Of a stretch of 57,074 nucleotides of DNA, positions 47,616 through 57,074 are shown one piece after another. A model generated the notes under the pieces. It ran no database searches. It saw only the letters and a program-made list of their open reading frames with translations, and was not told where the DNA came from. Numbering within the stretch: the first letter of the stretch is position 1; every line of letters begins with the position of its first letter. Source of the DNA: Asaia bogorensis (lineage in GTDB: Bacteria > Pseudomonadota > Alphaproteobacteria > Acetobacterales > Acetobacteraceae); assembly GCA_945888575.1 (NCBI GenBank), contig CAMDAM010000001.1, positions 1 through 57,074 on the forward strand, in the 5' to 3' direction. Position numbers and translations under genes: made by a program.

Positions 47616-48629
47616 TCAGCGCCGTCGTTGCTGGGCCGCTCGCTGCGCGAGGCCGAGCAGGACACTGCGGGACAGCGATTCCGCCGGGGTGCCGGTGCGT
47701 TTGCAGGCACGTTCCGCTTCCCAGACCCGCGTTGCGGCCGCCTCCAGCGCAGGCTCTGGCCAGAGCCGCAGCGCCTGCACGAAAGCGGCTTCCTGCCGGA
47801 AGAAGACTGGAGGCCGCGCGGCCTTGGCCGCCTCGTTGGGGGATGCCCCCTGCGCCATGGCGGACCGGGCGCGCTGTAGCCGCTGCAGGTGGGTCAGGGT
47901 TGCGCGCAGCAGGCCAACCGGTGCCGTGCCTTCGGCCATCGCCAGTTCCAGGGCACGATCCGTCTCCGCCACGTCGCCCGCGGTGGCCGCGAACAGGGCA
48001 TCGTTCAGTGACAGGCCGGCGAGGTCGCCGACACACTGCTCGGCCGCAGCGAGGTCCACCTGCCCGCCTGTGCCCACATACAGCGCCAGCTTTTCCAGCT
48101 CGGAGCGTGTGACAGCCTGATCCGCGCCGAGCTGGCCCGCGAGCCAAGTTCGGGCCTCTGGAGTGACGGACACGCCGAGGCCGGAGAGAACGGTGCCGAT
48201 CACCTGGTCCAGGGCGGCGCCTTCCAGCGCGTAGCAGCCGATCGCCACGGCATCGGGGGCGCGTTCCAGGGCGGTGCGGAGCTTCGCTCGGGAGGCGAGG
48301 CCCGGGGCCTCCAGCACCAGCAGGGCCTCGCTGCCGCGTTGCAGGGCCGCGGTAACGGCGGCGGTGGCGGCATCCGTCACGTCGCGCACGCGGACCACGC
48401 GGCGGCCGCCGGTGAGTGAGCGACTGGCCAGTTCTTCGGACAGGCGCGAGAGGCCGTCCCGTTCCAGCTCGGCGACGCGGAACGGGTCATCGAGACCGCC
48501 GGCCACCGCGCGCACCAATCGGCCGGCACGTTCTCGGATCATTCCGACATCGTCACCGAATAACAGAACGGCGTGGCAGTTGCCCGGGGCATCGAGGAAT
48601 GCCTCCAGGCGCCGGCCGTCCAGCTTCAA
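47616..48629 (-). CDS. holA: DNA polymerase III subunit delta
   Basis: 337 aa, HolA-like N-terminus (..VLLFGDDVGMIRE..), in the conserved leuS-lptE-holA order. Confidence 0.85.
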   Translation of the reverse strand: MKLDGRRLEAFLDAPGNCHAVLLFGDDVGMIRERAGRLVRAVAGGLDDPFRVAELERDGLSRLSEELASRSLTGGRRVVRVRDVTDAATAAVTAALQRGSEALLVLEAPGLASRAKLRTALERAPDAVAIGCYALEGAALDQVIGTVLSGLGVSVTPEARTWLAGQLGADQAVTRSELEKLALYVGTGGQVDLAAAEQCVGDLAGLSLNDALFAATAGDVAETDRALELAMAEGTAPVGLLRATLTHLQRLQRARSAMAQGASPNEAAKAARPPVFFRQEAAFVQALRLWPEPALEAAATRVWEAERACKRTGTPAESLSRSVLLGLAQRAAQQRRR

Positions 48630-49159
48630 ACCGTGGACTTCCGGGCAAAATAGACCGCGAGCTGCGTGGCGATCTGTTCGGCCACCGCGTCCACCATCCG
48701 GCGCTGCACGGCGGCGCTGGTGAGTTCGGCGGCGAAGAACTGCTGGTTGATCACGTTCACCGCGTCTACTTCGCGCGCCGAGCCACTTACCAGCGTGGTG
48801 CGCTGGGCATCCTGCGCCAGCAACGCCCAGCTGGCGACGCCGATCAGGCGCACGCGGGAGCCGGAGCTGTCTGACTGGATGCCGATCGATTCCGCCGAGA
48901 GGGCGTACTGCACCGAAAGGTCATAGCGGCGCGCGATGGCCGACCGCCCACGCTCCAGCCGTGTTTGAAGAGCCTGGCGCAGCAGCTGGCCGGAGCGCTC
49001 CGGAATGAGCTGCACGTTCACCTCGGCCAGCCGGGCCTGTACCCCGGCATCCGCCTCGCCGCCGCTGCCATAGAGCGGGCGGAAGCCGCAGCCGCCGAGC
49101 ACGGCTCCGGCCGCTGCCAGCAGCAGCCCGCGGCGGGCAGTGCCTTCCGCGCCCGCCAT
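48626..49159 (-). CDS. lptE: LPS-assembly lipoprotein LptE
   Basis: Lipobox LGGC after a signal peptide. Positioned between leuS and holA. Confidence 0.8.
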   Translation of the reverse strand: MAGAEGTARRGLLLAAAGAVLGGCGFRPLYGSGGEADAGVQARLAEVNVQLIPERSGQLLRQALQTRLERGRSAIARRYDLSVQYALSAESIGIQSDSSGSRVRLIGVASWALLAQDAQRTTLVSGSAREVDAVNVINQQFFAAELTSAAVQRRMVDAVAEQIATQLAVYFARKSTV

Positions 49160-49163
49160 CGCC

Positions 49164-51782
<2,619 letters not shown>

Positions 51783-51904
51783 CCGCACGCACGCTCCATG
51801 GACCCGGCCGCCATTGCCGGCCCGTTCCCGGGCAGATCATGCCGCGACGGCGTAGGCAAGAAAAGGCAGGCCCGGCGCGGATCAGCCTCCGCGGCCGGAA
51901 GGGA

Positions 51905-52429
51905 TCAATTGCTGCCGACCTGCTGCACGCGCAGGTCGCGCGCACGCGCTAGCACCTTGTTCTCCAGCTCGTTGGCAGCAGTGGGGGAGACGGGCGCATC
52001 CATCCATGTGCCGCCCTGCAGCACCTGGCGGAACACGGACATGCGGATGCCATCGGCGCGCAGGGTGCGGCCGAGGATGTAGGCCGTGGCCTTGAAGCGC
52101 TCGCCGCCGCCGCCGGGCGGCTGGTACCAGTCGGTGATGATCACGCCGCCGAAGGGGTCGGCAGAGACCAGCGGCATGAAGCTGAGGGTTTCCAGCGCCC
52201 CGCGCCAGAGATAGGCGTTCACGCCCAGCGCGCCGCCCTGGTCGCTGTCGCCGCGGCCGCGGCCGATGGAAATCAGCGGACCGTTTTCGCCCAGGACGGA
52301 ACCGCGGTTGCCGGCGCCATAGTTGCGCGGGTCGGAGTAGTCCTCGGCGAATTCGGTCCCCGGCGTGCACGCGCCGAGCATGAGCGCGGTCCCGAGCAAG
52401 AGAATGACGGCACCCGGGAGTTTAGTCAT
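51905..52429 (-). CDS. DUF3576-like lipoprotein
   Basis: MTKLPGAVILLLGTALMLGAC lipobox. Conserved neighbour of leuS in alphaproteobacteria, from recollection. Confidence 0.6.
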   Translation of the reverse strand: MTKLPGAVILLLGTALMLGACTPGTEFAEDYSDPRNYGAGNRGSVLGENGPLISIGRGRGDSDQGGALGVNAYLWRGALETLSFMPLVSADPFGGVIITDWYQPPGGGGERFKATAYILGRTLRADGIRMSVFRQVLQGGTWMDAPVSPTAANELENKVLARARDLRVQQVGSN

Positions 52430-52600
52430 GCAATCACCCTTCACGCTGTCAGCCTGGCGCCATCGGCCCGAAATGCGGCCCTATGCCATGCCCTTACCGC
52501 GACGCCTATCGGATCACGGCCCTCCTGGCAACCCGGCCGGCTTGCCCTGTGGTTTCCGCGGACATTGCCGGCTGACAATGCCGGGCCGATCGGTCGCCTG

Positions 52601-52639
52601 AGAAATCAAAGGGGCGGCAGCGTTGACCGCTGCCGCCCC
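52601..52639 (-). terminator. rho-independent terminator of the porin gene
   Basis: On the minus strand, GGGGCGGCAGCG-gucaa-CGCUGCCGCCCC (12-bp GC stem) is followed by UUUGAUUUCU, 26 nt after the porin stop. Confidence 0.85.
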
Positions 52640-52664
52640 TCCATCGTTTGGTCTCAGCCAGGGC

Positions 52665-53966
52665 TCAGAAGCGGAAGCTGTTGCCCAGGATGACGGCGGT
52701 CGACTTGATCGACTTCGTGCTGCCGGCCGGCAGAACGTCGTTCGACAGGTTGCGGCCGCGCTCCTTGGCGGTGCCGGTCACGAGCTCGACGAACAGGCGG
52801 GCGCCCGGCACGTAGGTGTAGGTGACGCCGGCGTGGATGCCGTCATCGGTGCGCATGGCGTTGTTGCCGGCGACACCAGCAGTGCTGGACTTCACGTAGC
52901 CAGCGCCGACGACCCAGGGGCCGTTGGTGTAGCTGGCGCCGATCGTGTAGGTGGTGGCATCCTTCTCGCCGCGGGCGAGCAGGGTCTGGCCACCGTTGTG
53001 GGTGCCGGTTTCCATGTAGCCGCCAACCATGAAGCCCATGTACGACACGGTCGCACCGGCCGACAGGATGCTCAGGCCACGGTTGGAAGCGCCACCGACG
53101 TTGGCGTTCTGGATCGCGGCGGACCCGAAGTAGCCAACCATCGCCTGCACGCCCACGCCACCGAAGGTGCCGGTGTAGCGGCCAGCGGCCTGGACCATGT
53201 TGCGCGGACGCTGAAGGTCAGACGCGAGCACGGAGGCGGCCTGGCGGACCGCACCGCCGGTCGCCACGGCGCCGCCGTAGCCGGCCGTGTTGTTGGCGGT
53301 GGACGGCGCGAACGAGACGCCGAGCTGCAGGCCCGACCACACCGGCGAGGAGTAGACCACCTTCGTGGCGAGGTCGCCGCCGCTGGCGGCGAAGCGCCAG
53401 GGGTTCACACCGGTCGTCATGCCCGGGGCCCAGCCGTTCCAGCCGCCATCGGCGATCTGGCCTTCGAAGGTGCCGGTGCGCATGATGGAGGTGATGCCGT
53501 CCACCTGACCGAACTGCAGGCGGCCGATCTTGTCGGTGCCCACATAGCCCCAGGCGCGGTTCACGAACAGGGTGTTGGTGGTGCGCTGGTTGCCGCCACC
53601 GACCACGCCCGAGGTCGCGCCGGTCAGCGTCGTCGAACCGGCCGAGTTGCCGTTCGAACGGATTTCGGCGAAGGCGCCGTAGCGCAGGCCGTCCATGGTC
53701 TGCGCGTCGAACGACGGATACAGGCGGAACGTGTTCATGAAGCCGAAGCTGTCGGACTTCGCACCGTTCGGGGCCTTGTCGTTCGTGTTGGAGCCGACGC
53801 CGGCGGCGAAGAACAGGTACCCATCGAGACGGACGATGGCCTTGCCCGGAGCAGCGGTTCCAGTGATGGCGGCGGAGGACGAGCCGAGGGTCGGCTCCAG
53901 ACCGGAGGCAGCGGCCGCCCCGGTCATAGCGACTGTGGCCACACCGGCCAGCAGGATCTTACGCAT
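52665..53966 (-). CDS. outer-membrane porin (alphaproteobacterial beta-barrel porin family)
   Basis: Signal peptide MRKILLAGVATVAMTGAAAA, alternating beta-strand pattern, and C-terminal ...GNSFRF with a terminal Phe. Confidence 0.85.
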   Translation of the reverse strand: MRKILLAGVATVAMTGAAAASGLEPTLGSSSAAITGTAAPGKAIVRLDGYLFFAAGVGSNTNDKAPNGAKSDSFGFMNTFRLYPSFDAQTMDGLRYGAFAEIRSNGNSAGSTTLTGATSGVVGGGNQRTTNTLFVNRAWGYVGTDKIGRLQFGQVDGITSIMRTGTFEGQIADGGWNGWAPGMTTGVNPWRFAASGGDLATKVVYSSPVWSGLQLGVSFAPSTANNTAGYGGAVATGGAVRQAASVLASDLQRPRNMVQAAGRYTGTFGGVGVQAMVGYFGSAAIQNANVGGASNRGLSILSAGATVSYMGFMVGGYMETGTHNGGQTLLARGEKDATTYTIGASYTNGPWVVGAGYVKSSTAGVAGNNAMRTDDGIHAGVTYTYVPGARLFVELVTGTAKERGRNLSNDVLPAGSTKSIKSTAVILGNSFRF

Positions 53967-54212
53967 TGCACTCTCCTTGCATTACCGGGTTACCCCGGCG
54001 GAGTTGGAAGGCCCCGCCCCGTTTCCCCCTGGCTGGAACAACGACAGAGGATGGTTTCCCAAGTCGTTGATCCAGCCACCATCAGGTGGGAGCAGCCAGA
54101 CCTGTGGAGACTATTGCCCTCTGCCTGTCGGGCCCGCAATCGGACAAACGCGGGCGGCATGGCATTTCCGGAACACTGTGGCGCGGATGCCACAGCCCGG
54201 TATGACCGAACG

Positions 54213-54803
54213 TCATGGCGCCAGCGCCCCGATCGCCGCCGCGCAGCGCAGGCCGGGAAGGCGACGCACCGAGGCCCCGTCGATCCCGCCCAGTGCACCG
54301 ACCACCATCCCCGCCGTTGCACGCCGCGCCAGCGCCGCCCAGCGCACCGCGCCCAGGCCGCGCGCGCCAGGATGGCTCGCCGTGACGAAGGCAGGCGACA
54401 GAAACGCCAGTGCCGCACCGGCGCGCGCGGCCCGGCGCAGCTCCGTCGCGCCATGGGCCGAACTCGTCACCGGGCCGCGCAGCCCTTGCATGCCCCGCAG
54501 CCGGCGCCCGCCGCGCAGATGCACCCCTGCCCCCACCGCGCGGGCCAGCCGGGCATCGCCGGCCACCACCAGGGCATTGCGCCGCGACCGGCACACCCGC
54601 GCCAGCACCACCGCCAGCGCGGCCCGGTCGGCCCGCCCGTCATCGCGCAGCACCACGCCGCAGAGACCGCGCGGCAACCTCGCCGCGGCCGCCACCGGGT
54701 CGGCCAGCCGCGCCGTATCGGTGAACAGCCACAGCACCGGACCGCCCGTGCCGCGCAAACGGCGCTTGACCGCCCGCGCCCAACCGACAAGCTTGCTGTC
54801 CAT
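54213..54803 (-). CDS. thiamine-phosphate synthase family (ThiE/TenI-like) protein
   Basis: 196 aa with a TMP-TENI-like pattern (..VVLRDDG.., ..GVHL.., ..SPAFVT.SHPGA..G...., VGALGGI). Confidence 0.5.
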   Translation of the reverse strand: MDSKLVGWARAVKRRLRGTGGPVLWLFTDTARLADPVAAAARLPRGLCGVVLRDDGRADRAALAVVLARVCRSRRNALVVAGDARLARAVGAGVHLRGGRRLRGMQGLRGPVTSSAHGATELRRAARAGAALAFLSPAFVTASHPGARGLGAVRWAALARRATAGMVVGALGGIDGASVRRLPGLRCAAAIGALAP

Positions 54804-55497
54804 GAGCGACCCTGCCCCTGTTCCCCCTTCTTATAATCATGTCGCCGCCGGCCTGTCCGCCGTGCGTGCCCGCATCGCCGCCGCCGCGGCCCGCGCCGGC
54901 CGCGCGGCAGAGGCGGTGCAACTTGTCGCCGTGTCCAAGACCCACCCGGCCGAAGCCGTGCTGGCCGCGCTGGCGGAGGGGCAGGCGCTGTTCGGCGAGA
55001 ACCGGGTGCAGGAGGCGGCGACCAAGTTCCCCGACCTGCGTACGGCGCACCCGGCCATGCGGCTGCACATCATCGGTGGGCTGCAAACCAACAAGGCGCG
55101 CGATGCGGTGCGGCTGGCCGACGTGATCGAGGTGGTGGACCGGGCGCGGCTGGCCGATGCCATCGCGGATGCCATCCAGAAGGAAGGTCGCGCCCCGGAC
55201 CTGCTGGTGCAGGTGAATGTGGGCGACGAGCCGCAGAAATCCGGCATTCCTACGGCGGAAGCCGACGGCTTCATCGAAGCCTGCCGCGGCCGGTTCGGTG
55301 CCAGCCTCACGGGCCTGATGTGCATCCCGCCGGCCGAGGGCGACCCCGGACCGCACTTCGCCTGGCTTGCGGCCTGCGCCGCGCGCCATGGGCTTTCGGT
55401 GCTGTCCATGGGCATGTCCGGCGATTTCGAGGCGGCGATCGCCCAGGGCGCCACCCATGTTCGTGTTGGCACGGCGATCTTCGGCCATCGGGGCTAA
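54802..55497 (+). CDS. yggS: YggS-family pyridoxal-phosphate homeostasis protein
   Basis: LVAVSKTHP (PLP Lys), FGENRVQE, HIIGGLQTNK, SMGMSGDFE..A...GAT.VRVGTAIFG. Confidence 0.9.
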   Translation: MSDPAPVPPSYNHVAAGLSAVRARIAAAAARAGRAAEAVQLVAVSKTHPAEAVLAALAEGQALFGENRVQEAATKFPDLRTAHPAMRLHIIGGLQTNKARDAVRLADVIEVVDRARLADAIADAIQKEGRAPDLLVQVNVGDEPQKSGIPTAEADGFIEACRGRFGASLTGLMCIPPAEGDPGPHFAWLAACAARHGLSVLSMGMSGDFEAAIAQGATHVRVGTAIFGHRG

Positions 55498-55672
55498 GCC
55501 AGGCGACCGGCCTGCGGGGCTGATCCGCGCGCCGCGGCTTGCACGATGCCGCAGTGCAGCGTAACCAAGCTGCCGCGGGCAGAACGCGCCCGCCATCAGA
55601 GGGCCGCTGCATGATGCCGTGCCAGCACGCCACGCCATACAGCCCTCGCCCGCCGCGGAGCCCGGCACACTC

Positions 55673-57074
55673 ATGACATCCACAGACCCATCAGCCACCA
55701 CATCGCGCCCGGCGCCGCTGCACTTGGGTGTGCTGCTCGGCGTGCTCGGCGTTGTCTATGGCGACATCGGCACCTCGCCGCTTTATGCCCTGAAGGCCAC
55801 GCTGGAGCACTTCAAGCATGACGGGATTGATTCGAAGGATGTGCTCGGCATCCTCTCGATGATCTTCTGGTCGCTGATCCTGGTTGTGACGGTGAAATAC
55901 GTCCTGATCATCATGCGGGCTGACAATCGCGGCGAGGGCGGCATCCTTGCCCTGATGGCCCTGGCCCAGCGCGGGGTGCACGACCCGCGGCTGCGCACCG
56001 TGCTCACGCTTGTCGGCATTGCCGGGGCTTGCCTGTTCTTCGGCGACGGGGTGATCACCCCGGCCATCTCCGTGCTCTCGGCGGTGGAGGGCCTGCAGAT
56101 CGTGGATCCCCGCCTGCACAAGGCGGTCATCCCCATTTCGCTGGTGGTGATCCTGGGGCTGTTCCTGATCCAGTGGCGCGGCACGGGCGCGATGGGCAAG
56201 CTGTTCGGCCCGATCACCCTGGCGTGGTTCCTCGTGCTCGGCGTGCTGGGGATCGTGGAGATCGTCGCCAACCCCTCCGTTCTTCTCGCCCTTTCACCCA
56301 CCTACGCCTTCTACGCCATCACCCATCACCAGTGGCTGTCGTTGGTTGCCCTCGGCTCCGTTGTGCTCGCCGTGACCGGCGCGGAGGCGCTGTATGCCGA
56401 CATGGGACATTTCGGCGCCCGGCCGATCCAGAAGGCGTGGCTGTATTTCGTGCTGCCGTGCCTTGTGCTGAACTATTTCGGCCAGGGTGCGCTCGTGCTG
56501 GCCCACCCGGAGGCGATGGAGAACCCGTTCTACCTGCTGGCGCCGGAGTGGTTCCGCCTGCCGCTGGTGTTCCTCGCCACCGCCGCCACCGTGATCGCCA
56601 GCCAGGCGATGATCTCCGGTGCCTATTCAGTGGCGCGCCAGTGCATGCAGCTGGGCTTCCTGCCGCGGCTGACGGTGCGGCACACCTCCTCCTCCGAGGA
56701 GGGGCAGATCTACCTGCCGCAGGTGAACTGGGCGCTGCTGGTCGGCGTGGTGATCCTGGTGATGGTGTTCCAGACCAGCGACAACCTTGCCGCAGCCTAT
56801 GGCATCGCCGTGACGGGCACGTTCCTGTGCACCAGCGTGCTGGCCGCCGTGGTGTTCCGCCGCCATTTCGGCTGGCGCCGTTCCACCGTGCTTTCCGTGT
56901 TCGGTGCCTTCTTCGTGCTGGATGCGATCTACTTCGGCGCCAACGTGCTGAAGGTGCCGCAGGGTGGCTGGGTGCCGCTGGTGCTGGGCCTGGCGCTGAT
57001 GGCGATGATGACGAGCTGGAAGCGCGGGCGGGACCTGCTGCTGGATCGCTGGAAGCAGGATTCGCTGCCGCTTT
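55673..57074 (+). CDS. kup: potassium uptake protein Kup (KUP/HAK/KT family), 3'-truncated by the window end
   Basis: Read directly from sequence; it is open at the window end and absent from the ORF track. [44 protein letters not shown]...[17 protein letters not shown]. Confidence 0.9.
   Translation, partial: MTSTDPSATTSRPAPLHLGVLLGVLGVVYGDIGTSPLYALKATLEHFKHDGIDSKDVLGILSMIFWSLILVVTVKYVLIIMRADNRGEGGILALMALAQRGVHDPRLRTVLTLVGIAGACLFFGDGVITPAISVLSAVEGLQIVDPRLHKAVIPISLVVILGLFLIQWRGTGAMGKLFGPITLAWFLVLGVLGIVEIVANPSVLLALSPTYAFYAITHHQWLSLVALGSVVLAVTGAEALYADMGHFGARPIQKAWLYFVLPCLVLNYFGQGALVLAHPEAMENPFYLLAPEWFRLPLVFLATAATVIASQAMISGAYSVARQCMQLGFLPRLTVRHTSSSEEGQIYLPQVNWALLVGVVILVMVFQTSDNLAAAYGIAVTGTFLCTSVLAAVVFRRHFGWRRSTVLSVFGAFFVLDAIYFGANVLKVPQGGWVPLVLGLALMAMMTSWKRGRDLLLDRWKQDSLPL

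Overview
High-GC (about 68-70%) alphaproteobacterial chromosomal window; the gene order looks Rhodospirillales/Acetobacteraceae-like, but the taxon is inference only. Coordinates not taken from the ORF track were hand-counted and may be off by a few nt. Housekeeping blocks: recR-ybaB-dnaX with an SRP RNA (ffs) upstream, then moaA. A chpT-like gene is followed by cheA(hybrid, C-terminal receiver)-cheW-cheY-cheB-cheR. The partition block mnmE-mnmG-rsmG-parA-parB carries two parS sites at the mnmG/rsmG junction. Also present are holA-lptE-leuS, a porin, yggS and a 3'-truncated kup. Catabolic genes include M81/M20/M14 peptidase-family genes, a crotonase, a CoA-transferase, an amidase, esterases and an orphan ABC substrate-binding protein. 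Four accessory or unusual observations stand out. (1) A 47-60% GC island (about 8.6-11.4 kb) holds a papain-like Cys-His-Asp peptidase gene overlapping a partner ORF by 11 nt. A PAP2/haloperoxidase-like gene with a (GGQS)5 repeat converges on this pair. (2) Next to the island, a SARP/BTAD-TolB-like-TPR regulator is transcribed divergently from a PhcB-like methyltransferase plus a protein that looks like a catalytically degenerate thermolysin-type zincin. (3) An HpnN-like RND transporter is fused in frame, through an extra signal-peptide-like helix, to a roughly 800-aa GH42-like domain. (4) A family of extremely AT-rich twin-hairpin intergenic repeats occurs at six loci with identical cores, almost always abutting a stop codon. 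One copy splits ybaB from recR and one supplies the C-terminus and stop codon of a gene. There are no CRISPR arrays, rRNA genes, intact tRNA genes or integrases. Many long antisense ORFs in the track are GC-driven shadows.
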